From an uncultured Gammaproteobacteria bacterium (GTDB lineage Bacteria > Patescibacteriota > Microgenomatia > Levybacterales > UBA12049): 64,000 nt of DNA. Positions 42,910 through 52,085 of the stretch are shown one piece after another. The stretch is taken from NCBI GenBank assembly GCA_964653195.1, contig CAZZCX010000001.1, forward strand, positions 35,290 through 99,289, given 5' to 3'. Every line of letters starts with the position of its first letter. Within the stretch, counting starts at the first letter, position 1. The notes under the pieces are model-generated. The model saw nothing but the letters and a program-made list of their open reading frames with translations. It was not told the DNA's origin and ran no database searches. The translations under genes and the position numbers were made by a program.

Positions 42910-43325
42910 TGAAAGCTACGACATCTACTAAAGCAGTGCAAATAGTAAGAAATTGGTATCTGCGAGATGCAGCAGATAAAACGTTAGGACGTTTTGCAAC
43001 TGATGTTGCAATATTACTTATGGGTAAAGCGAAACCATATTTCGTCAGAAATCTTGATTGTGGAGATTATGTGATAATAACAAATGCTAGTAAGGTTAAA
43101 GTTACAGGAAAGAAAGAGACCGATAAGGTGTATGCAAGACATTCAGGTTATCCCGGTGGATTTAAGTCAGAAACTCTTAAAGAATTACGGGAAAGAAAGC
43201 CTGAAGATATTATAAGAAAAGCAGTGAAAGGTATGATTCCTCGTAATAGGTTAGGCGCATCCATGATGAAGCGGCTTTTCATATTTGCGGGTGAAGAACA
43301 TACGTATAATGATAAATTGAAATAA
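42909..43325 (+). CDS. rplM: 50S ribosomal protein L13
   Basis: Conserved L13 sequence. Confidence 0.9.
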   Translation: MKATTSTKAVQIVRNWYLRDAADKTLGRFATDVAILLMGKAKPYFVRNLDCGDYVIITNASKVKVTGKKETDKVYARHSGYPGGFKSETLKELRERKPEDIIRKAVKGMIPRNRLGASMMKRLFIFAGEEHTYNDKLK

Positions 43326-43397
43326 ACATTTAGATAAATAGTACTTAGCGTCTGGTAACTGATATACGCATAAAACTAAAAACTAAACATAAAAAAT

Positions 43398-43868
43398 ATG
43401 GCAGATAAAATAATAAATATAAAAAAAGATCAGAAAAAAGATTATATTTTTGCTGTAGGCAGAAGAAAACAAGCAGTTGCAAGAGTAAGGTTGTATGAAT
43501 CAGTCAAAGCTGATACTTCATGGGGGAATTTAGACGTAAAAAAAGGAGAAATATTGGTAAATAAAAAAACCATAAGTGAGTATTTTCCAGGTGACATTTA
43601 TAAAAGAGTCTATTCTGAACCTTTAAGCGTTGCAAATGCTTTAAATAAATATGCATTTACAATACAAGTAGCAGGCGGTGGTCCTGCAGGACAGCTAGAT
43701 GCAGTAGTTGCAGGAATATCTAATGCGTTAATTAAATTCGATTCTGAAAATTATAGACCATTACTTAAAAAGAAGGGGTTTTTAACCAGAGATGCTAGAG
43801 TCAGAGAACGAAGAAAAGTCGGTACGGGTGGAAAAGCGAGAAGAAAGAAGCAATCACCTAAGCGTTAA
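43398..43868 (+). CDS. rpsI: 30S ribosomal protein S9
   Basis: C-terminal ...RRKKQSPKR. Confidence 0.9.
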   Translation: MADKIINIKKDQKKDYIFAVGRRKQAVARVRLYESVKADTSWGNLDVKKGEILVNKKTISEYFPGDIYKRVYSEPLSVANALNKYAFTIQVAGGGPAGQLDAVVAGISNALIKFDSENYRPLLKKKGFLTRDARVRERRKVGTGGKARRKKQSPKR

Positions 43869-44491
43869 ACTTCTATAGTTACCCCTGTCTCCATTAATTT
43901 AAAATCGATATTTGATTGCATGAGATACTCTCTAGCCCGTTGATATAGACTTTTTCTAACTTCCTCTTTCCAATGCCAATCATGGATAGGTATTACTACT
44001 TTCGGACTTAACTCTTCAGAAAGCTTTATAGCTGATGCAAATGAGCCCCATGGTGCTTGAATAGGAAGAGCTATTATAGGAGCGGTTAATGTGAAATGAT
44101 ATGAATCACCAGGGTGAGTAAATAGTTCAAAGAGAGTAAACTGAGTGTTTTGCGGGGGTACAGATAACACTACATCCTCATGCGGTACCGATTCGGTTCG
44201 AATGAAGCTAGGAAGTTTCGTATAAGCTGTAATATTTTCAGCTGATAGTAAATCTACGACAGAGCTATTGCTAATAATTTTTACATCTGGGTATCGGTCT
44301 ATAAACTCGCGTAAAAAAGATATAGACATATGATCAGAATGCTCATGGGTTATAAGTATGTATTCTGGGGGCTGAATTTTCTGAAAATCAATCACTTTTT
44401 CGTTATAAGTATATTCTCCTGGATCTATTAAAATAATTTTATCTTGATGCTCAATAAGTAAACAGGAGTGAAGATATTTAGTAATTTTCAT
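43865..44491 (-). CDS. MBL-fold metallo-hydrolase
   Basis: ILITHEHSDH motif. Confidence 0.6.
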   Translation of the reverse strand: MKITKYLHSCLLIEHQDKIILIDPGEYTYNEKVIDFQKIQPPEYILITHEHSDHMSISFLREFIDRYPDVKIISNSSVVDLLSAENITAYTKLPSFIRTESVPHEDVVLSVPPQNTQFTLFELFTHPGDSYHFTLTAPIIALPIQAPWGSFASAIKLSEELSPKVVIPIHDWHWKEEVRKSLYQRAREYLMQSNIDFKLMETGVTIEV

Positions 44492-44511
44492 TTTTTGTTT
44501 ATAAATTTTTT

Positions 44512-45708
44512 TTAGGTTGTAACTTTTTTATTCTGAGCTTGAATTAAAGCTAAAATATATCTTACGAAAGCCCCAATCATCATGAGGCTTAAAGCAAATA
44601 CTGTAGACCAGCCAATAAAAGGTATTAGGAATAATATAAAAAAGCTAATTGAACCTACTATTGCAGCTTTCCAGTTAAGTATATATTCTTTTTTATCTCG
44701 TTTATACCATGCGTTTAGAATTAGCCAACCAAGAAATATTTTTCCTAAATATATACTGGTAATTATTGCTAAGCCATAAAATAGAAATGCTGCTATTCCA
44801 AGCCATACCAGCATTAATAAGAAGATACTAAAGAGAGGCCAAAAGAAAAGAAAAATAAATCCTGTGCCAAAAGATACCAAAGGAGATTTTTTTACTTTTA
44901 TTAAAATTTCATTCGTAAAGATTGGAAGTATTGATAAGAATAAAAGGGAGATAACAATATCTATTACAAGTTTATAGATAGACCCCGTAGTTATAATACT
45001 TGCTTTTTTTTGTGTATTTTTATCCTCTATAAATTGAAATTCAGTTTTTCCTTGGACCTTCGCTTCATCTGATATTTTTGCTTTTTCTGTTGCTTTATAT
45101 TTTAAATCGCCTTTAATATTTGCTTTGCTTCCGAGTGTAAGAGTACCGATTTCACCCTCTAAATTACCTCCGACTTCAGCGTTTAAAGTAGCTTGTCCAC
45201 CATTTATATATACTTTCCCCTTTACAGGTCCATTTATTTGTATGTCTCCTCCAAGGATAAGTAAGTCTCCGCTAATCGATGCCGTATCAGTAATTCGGAT
45301 GTTTCCACCTGCAACTAATACATCATTTCTGGTTTCACCGCTTATTACGATATTACCTCCTGCAACCCTAAGTGTGTTTCCTACTTTAGAGCGGATGAAT
45401 ACATCTCCTCCTGCTGCAATTAAGCTTCCTGAAATATCTCCATTTACCGTAACAGTTCCTGCTGCTGCAGTTAAATCGTTTGTTACAAAAGCATCTGAAG
45501 TTATTGTGCTCCCAAAGAGATATAAATCTTTTTGGCCAGTTTTGTTTTCTGCTATGTATATATTTTCACCGGCTTCGATAGATGCCCCGTATGACTGAGA
45601 AGTGAAGAGAGTAGTCAGAATAACAAACACAATTAACTTGAAAATAGTTATTCCTCGAAAATTCATACTTTGTGTCCTTACTGTACTATTATTGGTTATT
45701 TTCGTCAA
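44512..45708 (-). CDS. secreted beta-helix repeat protein (DUF4097 / bactofilin-like repeats) with a C-terminal polytopic membrane domain
   Basis: Signal peptide; repeated G(G/D)x(I/V)x(I/V) units (GGDVFI, GGNIVI, GGNIRI, GGDIQI, ...); about 5 TM helices at the C-terminus. Confidence 0.45.
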   Translation of the reverse strand: MTKITNNSTVRTQSMNFRGITIFKLIVFVILTTLFTSQSYGASIEAGENIYIAENKTGQKDLYLFGSTITSDAFVTNDLTAAAGTVTVNGDISGSLIAAGGDVFIRSKVGNTLRVAGGNIVISGETRNDVLVAGGNIRITDTASISGDLLILGGDIQINGPVKGKVYINGGQATLNAEVGGNLEGEIGTLTLGSKANIKGDLKYKATEKAKISDEAKVQGKTEFQFIEDKNTQKKASIITTGSIYKLVIDIVISLLFLSILPIFTNEILIKVKKSPLVSFGTGFIFLFFWPLFSIFLLMLVWLGIAAFLFYGLAIITSIYLGKIFLGWLILNAWYKRDKKEYILNWKAAIVGSISFFILFLIPFIGWSTVFALSLMMIGAFVRYILALIQAQNKKVTT

Positions 45709-45723
45709 GCTTTTTACAGATTT

Positions 45724-46200
45724 TTACGTTTCATCGCGAGTAGAGCCAAGATTACTTACAGTCTTAGTAAGATTTTTTGATTGTAGATGTGTAAGCTCCA
45801 CATTTTCCCGTGAAATAAGGATTAGTCCTTGTATTATACGTCTTGCCTCAAGTGCATCTTTGTTTTTTAGAAATGTTAGGATTGTAGGAGGTGCTTTACT
45901 GTTTTTATCTATTATTGATAATTTTCCAAATAGGAGACTGGTCTCAGCTTGAACCGTGGCAATGTCTTTAATAAGTACTGAACGTATCTGTTTCGAAAAG
46001 AAAAATATCTGACTAATAAGATTTATTTTACTCTCTGTAATAATTAGTTTATCTGGGAACAATGTAAATGGAAAAACAGTGCTTATCGTTAAAAGAACAT
46101 TATCCGTCTCGATAAGTTTTTGAATCTTACTGATTGAAGATTTGTTTATTTTATGTCTAAGTAAATCCTTTTTAGTTACTATTACTGATTCTTGTTGCAT
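45724..46200 (-). CDS. bacterial PH-domain (bPH_2 / YdbS-YdbT-like) protein
   Basis: LIITESKINLI..FFFSKQIRSVLIKDIATVQAETSLLFGKLSI resembles the bPH_2 core. Confidence 0.4.
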   Translation of the reverse strand: MQQESVIVTKKDLLRHKINKSSISKIQKLIETDNVLLTISTVFPFTLFPDKLIITESKINLISQIFFFSKQIRSVLIKDIATVQAETSLLFGKLSIIDKNSKAPPTILTFLKNKDALEARRIIQGLILISRENVELTHLQSKNLTKTVSNLGSTRDET

Positions 46201-46246
46201 AACTGTGAAATTAAATCCTATATAAGAAATATTTGAGTAAGAAGTA

Positions 46247-46666
46247 TCATTGTAGGAGATTTAATCCAGTCATATCGTCTTTGGCGCGTAGCAGTTTTAT
46301 CTCAAAAGGGATAAGCAGCACTTCACATGTAGCGGAAATAACCAATTCTTTTACATGACCACCGATTACAGATAGATCATTTTTCGAAAAAGTACCATGT
46401 ATATGAATAGTTAATTTCTCATCTAACATAGCTAAATTGCCATTAAGGCTTACGATTTCCAGATTTTCTGAAAGATAATGATCTTCAAATTCATGTTTTT
46501 CAAAATTGAAAAATGATAGAGTTATTTTTTTTGCAGAGCCAATTGCATTTATACTTCCTGCCATTAGCGAATGTGTAGTGGCATAATCTGTGACACATTT
46601 AATTAGTTCGTCGTCTTTGTCTAGACGAATTATGTGTATACTACTGTCATTATTTATTACTTTCAT
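46247..46666 (-). CDS. PPC (DUF296) domain protein
   Basis: EIVSLNGNLA...IHIHGTFSKNDLSVIGGHVKELVISATCEVLL matches the PPC fold pattern. Confidence 0.45.
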   Translation of the reverse strand: MKVINNDSSIHIIRLDKDDELIKCVTDYATTHSLMAGSINAIGSAKKITLSFFNFEKHEFEDHYLSENLEIVSLNGNLAMLDEKLTIHIHGTFSKNDLSVIGGHVKELVISATCEVLLIPFEIKLLRAKDDMTGLNLLQ

Positions 46667-46695
46667 GAGTGTTGTGTATTTATTATGTAATTATA

Positions 46696-47268
46696 TTAAT
46701 AATCTATAATTATTTCTTTTACAAAAATATAACCCCATAATAGCGTTATAGGCACAAAGCTTTGAAACTTACTGGAGTCAAATTCTAAGCCTTGTATAGT
46801 AAGTTTGTTCGTCATTTTTTTTGTAATAATATATTTTATAAAATGATCAATAACTTGATTTATTGGTGGATATACCCTCACTCCATCTATTAATTCTTTA
46901 GCAGCTTTAATTCTTGCTGTGCGCAGCTTAGACTGGTCTGTCGTAATAATAAATGGTTTATGATCGTGTGTAATTGAGCGGTATTTAATATATATTTGTA
47001 TTCCGTACATTATTGAAAAATAGAAAAGCGCATACAATTGAGATTTATAAATTTTGTTCATTGGGGGAAGAGGAGTAAAATGAATTTGTGCAAACGCAGC
47101 AGCAATTGGTCTTATATGTATTAGCAATTCTTCAGGCGGTATAAATTTAGAGAAATAACTATCATTTGTAAATTGAGACATAGACATAATTACTTCTTGT
47201 GTAATTAGGAACGCTATATTTTCTGTCTCAATACTTCTGGGATTTATAAATTCGGGTAAACTTTTCAT
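46696..47268 (-). CDS. hypothetical protein
   Basis: ORF only; no motif recognised. Confidence 0.3.
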   Translation of the reverse strand: MKSLPEFINPRSIETENIAFLITQEVIMSMSQFTNDSYFSKFIPPEELLIHIRPIAAAFAQIHFTPLPPMNKIYKSQLYALFYFSIMYGIQIYIKYRSITHDHKPFIITTDQSKLRTARIKAAKELIDGVRVYPPINQVIDHFIKYIITKKMTNKLTIQGLEFDSSKFQSFVPITLLWGYIFVKEIIIDY

Positions 47269-47470
47269 AAAATAAGAATTGTTTCATTCTCTCCTAATTT
47301 TAGTATAAATGAGGTTTTAAATAACTTCAATTGATAAATATAAATGCACTTAAATATATCAATAATTAGCGCTTTCCTTATATGTGTTTATAATTTTTGG
47401 GTATCCTTATTGTTGAGTGAAACAAAAATCTATGTGAGTAGTTAGAGTATATAAAACTTCCTAATAATTT

Positions 47471-47923
47471 TTATTTAATTTCAAGAAGTTCTACGTCAAA
47501 GGTTAGTGTTGCATTTGGTGGTATATTTGGGGGAGCGCCGTTTTCCCCATAGCCTAGATCTGGGGGAATGACAAGTTTTCTCTTTCCGCCTACTTTCATC
47601 CCCGGTATTCCTTGATCCCAACCTTTAATAACAGTACCTATGCCTATTGTTGTTATAAATGGTGAGTTTCGTTTATAAGAACTATCAAATTCTGTGCCAT
47701 CATCAAGTATTCCCTTGTAATGCATTACTACTGTATCGCCTGTTTTAACGGCCTCCCCTTCTCCTAATTGAGTATCGGTTATCTTAAGCTTTTTAGTATT
47801 ATTTATAGAAGGAGTAGGTGTTATACTTGCATCTTTTAATGAGAATTCACCTGGAGAAATCATAATAAGAAATTCAGCAATTATAAAAATTAGTACAATT
47901 ATGATAATTATTCTTTTTTTCAT
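47471..47923 (-). CDS. FKBP-type peptidyl-prolyl cis-trans isomerase, membrane-anchored
   Basis: N-terminal TM; [17 protein letters not shown]...[12 protein letters not shown]...[10 protein letters not shown]. Confidence 0.8.
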   Translation of the reverse strand: MKKRIIIIIVLIFIIAEFLIMISPGEFSLKDASITPTPSINNTKKLKITDTQLGEGEAVKTGDTVVMHYKGILDDGTEFDSSYKRNSPFITTIGIGTVIKGWDQGIPGMKVGGKRKLVIPPDLGYGENGAPPNIPPNATLTFDVELLEIK

Positions 47924-47945
47924 GTTTTAGCATTATAGCACGGAT

Positions 47946-48599
47946 CTATCTTTTTATGAATTTAAAAATCAACAAAAATATAAAATCTAAAATCAGCGGT
48001 ATAGATAAATAAAGACAAGCAGTTCTGAAGAGTTTTATTATAACTGGTTTTTGGGCAAATTCATTTATGGAGATTCTAATTCCAAGCAAATAAAGTGCAG
48101 AGATAATTATTGAGGTGATAAAAATAAGCGCAAAAGCTCCTTCCATATCTTTTTTACTTGCGAACATTGTATTGCCAATTTGGAAAACAACATAAAGAAG
48201 AATTATTATTATCCATAAATTTTCAGATGAGAAGTATTTCATAGAGAGGTAAATTGAGCTAAGTAGAATAAAAATTCCGAAAATAAATGGCGCTATGCCA
48301 ATAAAAAAACGTCTAATTGGATCGGTTATTTGTATTTCTGCGTGTCCCATCTTTATATCGTTTCCTACAATTTCAGGAATAAGATGAATTCTACCGGTAC
48401 GCACAAAAAGAAGTTCTGCCATAAGTTGATGAGAGAATTCATGGATTATGGTTCCGGGAAGGAAAAGTATCGCTAGTATGTAGACTGTGAGCTTCTTATG
48501 CTTTAAAAAACGATGAAGTATATAGCTTAAGTTTTTGGTTAAAGAGCGAGAAAAGAAATAAAGTATTATTATTTCAGCGGTTAATATGAGAAGATACAT
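47946..48599 (-). CDS. polytopic membrane protein with an HExxH motif (putative intramembrane zinc metalloprotease)
   Basis: IIHEFSHQLMAE within a TM region. Confidence 0.35.
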   Translation of the reverse strand: MYLLILTAEIIILYFFSRSLTKNLSYILHRFLKHKKLTVYILAILFLPGTIIHEFSHQLMAELLFVRTGRIHLIPEIVGNDIKMGHAEIQITDPIRRFFIGIAPFIFGIFILLSSIYLSMKYFSSENLWIIIILLYVVFQIGNTMFASKKDMEGAFALIFITSIIISALYLLGIRISINEFAQKPVIIKLFRTACLYLSIPLILDFIFLLIFKFIKR

Positions 48600-48673
48600 A
48601 TCTTATATATTTAGTTTAACATTTTATAAACAGTTTTTACTTTAATTAGTTATGTTATGATAATTAATATTAT

Positions 48674-48961
48674 ATGGTTAAATATAAGAGGCAATTTCAG
48701 TTAATGATTGATGAAAATAAGTTACTTTTCAGTGAGTTTAAAAAGTATCACGATCTGTTAGATTCTGGTGACGGATCCGTAAGAGAAGAATTTAATGAGA
48801 TAGGCCGGAAAGTGCAACGTGTTGTAAGACGTTATGAAAACGAGCTATGTGCCAAATCAGAAAATAGCGGATTTGGCAAATATTCAGAAAATCTATCAGA
48901 AAAATTTTGGCTTGAAGTTAGGCAATACTTACCTAAGATAGACAAGATTGAGATTGAATAA
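48674..48961 (+). CDS. hypothetical small protein
   Basis: ORF only. Confidence 0.25.
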   Translation: MVKYKRQFQLMIDENKLLFSEFKKYHDLLDSGDGSVREEFNEIGRKVQRVVRRYENELCAKSENSGFGKYSENLSEKFWLEVRQYLPKIDKIEIE

Positions 48962-48975
48962 TATTTGGTATTGAG

Positions 48976-49046
48976 TCGGGATGCCGTGAATCGAACACGG
49001 ACTACCGCACCCCCAGCGCGGCGTACTACCACTATACTACATCCCG
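48976..49046 (-). tRNA. tRNA-Pro (anticodon GGG)
   Basis: Hand-folded cloverleaf on the minus strand: acceptor CGGGATG/CATCCCG, U8, D arm GTAT-AGTGGTA-GTAC, anticodon arm CCGCG-CTGGGGG-TGCGG (U33, GGG, G37), T arm CCGTG-TTCGATT-CACGG. No encoded CCA. Ends are within about 2 nt. Confidence 0.75.
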
Positions 49047-49082
49047 GATTTAGTCGTAAGGCTTTGGTCGTTAGTCGTTTAA

Positions 49083-49430
49083 TTATTCTCTATTTAGCGA
49101 TTTTATCAAACTATGTAATTCTTTACTAATAGAGTCACATTTTAACAGAGCTTTGGAAACATCCACCACAAAAAGTTGTTCCGCAATTTTAAGAGCTGCA
49201 ATTGTCTCATATAAAGATTTCAACGCATTGCGTAAATAACTTTTGTATTCCTTATCACCTAAGCCACCGCTACCTTCTGCAATATTTAATACCACTGAAA
49301 TAGCAGATCTTTTTAGCTGATCAATTAGTGCAAATTTTTCATCGCTTGGTAGTTCGATCGTAATTTTATATATAGTTTTCACCAATTCAACTGCATTTTG
49401 ATATACACGAAGTTTCTCAAATCTATACAT
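49083..49430 (-). CDS. four-helix-bundle protein (family typical of 23S rRNA intervening sequences)
   Basis: MYRFEKLRVYQNAVELVKTIYKIT...LPSDEKFALIDQLKRSAISV..NIAEG. Confidence 0.6.
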   Translation of the reverse strand: MYRFEKLRVYQNAVELVKTIYKITIELPSDEKFALIDQLKRSAISVVLNIAEGSGGLGDKEYKSYLRNALKSLYETIAALKIAEQLFVVDVSKALLKCDSISKELHSLIKSLNRE

Positions 49431-49510
49431 GAGTCTGATAATATATTTTTAATCTATATCTATTTAATCTTATTGTCTAAAGACTTATGACTAATTGCCA
49501 ACGACTATTT

Positions 49511-49527
49511 GTAATTTAGAAAATTAC
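49511..49527 (+). promoter_or_regulatory. 17-bp palindrome GTAATTTAGAAAATTAC upstream of recA (candidate operator)
   Basis: Perfect 7-bp inverted arms with a 3-bp spacer. Overlaps a putative -35 (TTACAA, 49524-49529), 17 bp from TACCAT. Confidence 0.3.
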
Positions 49528-49580
49528 AAAATTGCCACTTGTATTTTACCATAACTTCGTATAATATTTGCCTAAGATTT

Positions 49581-50684
49581 ATGGCAAGAGCATCCGCTAA
49601 CCCCCCCAAAAACATTCCACAACCTTCATCAGATCAAGATGCAAAATTAGAATCAGTCCGAATCGCGATGGATCAGATTGAGAAGCAGTATGGTCGAGGA
49701 AGTATTATGCGTTTCGGAGAAGCAGCCCAAAAGCTCGATATCTCAGTTATTTCTACGGGATGCTTACCGCTAGATATGGCACTTGGCGTGGGTGGGCTTC
49801 CACGAGGAAGAATAATTGAAATATATGGACCGGAAGCTTCAGGAAAAACTACAGTTTGTCTATCAACTATCGCACAAGCGCAGAAACATGGCGGCATAGC
49901 AGCATTTATTGACGCAGAACACGCGCTTGATCCATTATGGGCTGAAAGACTGGGTGTAAAACTAGATGAGCTTCTTATTTCTCAACCTGATACAGGAGAA
50001 CAGGCGTTGGAAATCACAGAAAGTCTTATAAGAAGTGGAGGAGTAGATGTCCTAGTCATCGATTCTGTGGCAGCTTTGGTACCGAGAGCTGAGATAGAGG
50101 GAGATATGGGTGATTCATCTATGGGACTTCAGGCTAGACTTATGTCTCAAGCTCTTCGTAAGCTGACTGGAGTTATATCGAAATCAAAAACAGTTTGCAT
50201 ATTCACCAATCAGCTGCGCCAAAAAATCGGGGTGATGTTTGGTAACCCCGAGACAACTACAGGCGGATTGGCACTTAAGTTCTATGCATCTATAAGGATG
50301 GATATCCGTAAAATTGAGACTCTAAAAGATAGCGATAAAGTAATTGGCTCAAGGCATAGAGTGAAGGTTGTAAAGAATAAAGTAGCTGTACCATTCCGTC
50401 TTGCAGAATTTGATGTCTTTGGTGACGGCATCTCAAGAGAAGGGGGGATTCTGGATGTGGCTGTTGAGATGAATGTAATCTCTAAATCAGGCGCTTTCTT
50501 CCGTTATAATGATCAAATGATAGGCCAAGGAAAAGTAGCTGCTATGGAGTGGCTGAAGGAGAATTCCGATATTGCAAAGAAGATAGTAGCTGAAATTATG
50601 TTGCGATCAAAAAACGGCGGTTTACCTGTGGCAGTAGGGGTAGAATCAGGAAAAGTAGACACGAAAGCTTCCCTTGATGAGTAA
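49581..50684 (+). CDS. recA: recombinase RecA
   Basis: GPEASGKTT Walker A; L1/L2 loops. The internal ATG 49581 (MARASANPP) is used as the start. Confidence 0.95.
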   Translation: MARASANPPKNIPQPSSDQDAKLESVRIAMDQIEKQYGRGSIMRFGEAAQKLDISVISTGCLPLDMALGVGGLPRGRIIEIYGPEASGKTTVCLSTIAQAQKHGGIAAFIDAEHALDPLWAERLGVKLDELLISQPDTGEQALEITESLIRSGGVDVLVIDSVAALVPRAEIEGDMGDSSMGLQARLMSQALRKLTGVISKSKTVCIFTNQLRQKIGVMFGNPETTTGGLALKFYASIRMDIRKIETLKDSDKVIGSRHRVKVVKNKVAVPFRLAEFDVFGDGISREGGILDVAVEMNVISKSGAFFRYNDQMIGQGKVAAMEWLKENSDIAKKIVAEIMLRSKNGGLPVAVGVESGKVDTKASLDE

Positions 50685-50695
50685 AGTCCTCTTTT

Positions 50696-51181
50696 ATGGA
50701 ACCTGCCGATCTTTACAGAAAGTATCTTGATAGAGCTCTTCATTTCCTCTCTTTTCGTTCCCGCTCTGAGAAAGAAGTAAGGGATAATCTATTAAAAAAG
50801 GATGCATCCAATGAAACGATTGAACAGATAATAAGTTGGTTAAAGGATCATAATTTTCTTGATGACAAAGATTTTGCTAGGAGATTTATAGAACAGCGTA
50901 TAAAGCTTCGTCCTAGGGGGATGAGAGTCATAAAGATGGAGTTAAAGCAGAAGGGAATAAGTCAGGAAATAATAGAAGAGATAACTGCAGAAAATGAAGG
51001 AGAAGTGGATAATGAGTTTGCAATGGCAAAAAGAATTGTTGAAAAAAAGATCATGAAATACAAAGGATTCGAGAAAAGAGTGATATACCAAAAACTTGGA
51101 GCCCATCTTGCTAGCAAAGGATTTAATTGGGATATCATAAAACGAAGCATAGACGAGTATTTATCTAATGTGAACTTCTGA
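50696..51181 (+). CDS. recX: RecA regulator RecX
   Basis: Three-helix repeat pattern (LSFRSRSEKEVRDNLLKK...); position after recA. Confidence 0.75.
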   Translation: MEPADLYRKYLDRALHFLSFRSRSEKEVRDNLLKKDASNETIEQIISWLKDHNFLDDKDFARRFIEQRIKLRPRGMRVIKMELKQKGISQEIIEEITAENEGEVDNEFAMAKRIVEKKIMKYKGFEKRVIYQKLGAHLASKGFNWDIIKRSIDEYLSNVNF

Positions 51182-51194
51182 CATCACATCGTTA

Positions 51195-52085
51195 CTATCG
51201 TGGTTGAAAATGTCTTAGCGCATGACCTGCGTCGCCCACTACATATGGGTCAGTTAAGTAATAACTTTCACTCATTGTATCTGAAGCGCCTAAAGCATAA
51301 AAAATTGAATCTATTCCCATTTCTTCAAGGGCTTTTCTCATATTAGGTATTCCTTGTCTTGTGGCAATAATTGATCGATGAATCAATCTTGCGGGAGTGA
51401 TTCCTTGAAAATGAGCTGCGACAGCAACCGCAGCTGTTGATGCGCCTGATGCAGGGTTCACAAAGTCCGCCACTTCTATAGTCTTCCCTTTGAGTTCGGG
51501 GACTTGCTGTGGGTTTTTCCATTCTACAGTTACCATAAGATCTGTATTCTGCCCCACTTTAGGATGCTGTCTTTTGGTAACCACTTTTATTTCATCAGAT
51601 ATTTCTGCGTCGGGTTCCACCCCATGCGCTAAGCGTGTAGTAACTAGACCAGCTCTTACTAAAGATAACGGTCTACCTCGTCTAGCGTTAGGTAAAAGCG
51701 TATCAATTAATTCATAACCCACTTTTGCCAATTCATAATATTCTCTACAAAATCCTTTATCATCGTAGAGACGAGGATCTGCTACGAGTCTTCTGGCATG
51801 TGAATCAATTCTTCCGACCAAAAGCGCAGCGTCTTTATAGTGATCTGCGAGAACCACCACTCCCCTTTCGGGAAGTCGATCGCGATCATCCCAAAAATCT
51901 CCTTCGTATCTGCCAATAAGGGGAACGAATGCCTGGCCGAAATTAACCAGGGCATGTACATCTGGATTATCACCAGCTTCTAAAAAGTCTTGTGGGTTTC
52001 TTAATTCACCGAGAATATTGATTCTTTCCCCATGGTGAGCAGAAGTAACTCTAATCTCTGAACCACCAAAAATGTAAGCTTGCAT
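51195..52085 (-). CDS. uracil-phosphoribosyltransferase-family PRTase with an approximately 110-aa N-terminal extension
   Basis: SLVRAGL (UPRT LRAGLGM), KTIEVADFVNPASGAST (PRPP loop, compare DPMLATGGS), C-terminal YVVGDAGHALRHF (compare IIPGLGDAGDKIFG). Confidence 0.55.
   Translation of the reverse strand: MQAYIFGGSEIRVTSAHHGERINILGELRNPQDFLEAGDNPDVHALVNFGQAFVPLIGRYEGDFWDDRDRLPERGVVVLADHYKDAALLVGRIDSHARRLVADPRLYDDKGFCREYYELAKVGYELIDTLLPNARRGRPLSLVRAGLVTTRLAHGVEPDAEISDEIKVVTKRQHPKVGQNTDLMVTVEWKNPQQVPELKGKTIEVADFVNPASGASTAAVAVAAHFQGITPARLIHRSIIATRQGIPNMRKALEEMGIDSIFYALGASDTMSESYYLTDPYVVGDAGHALRHFQPR

Noticed and set aside
51195-52085. Elevated GC of the PRTase gene as a sign of recent horizontal transfer
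   Set aside because: Arg is still encoded mostly by AGA, and third positions stay AT-rich. Conserved host genes (recA, tuf) reach similar GC. The shift is explained by the Arg/Gly/Ala/Asp-rich protein composition, not by foreign codon usage.
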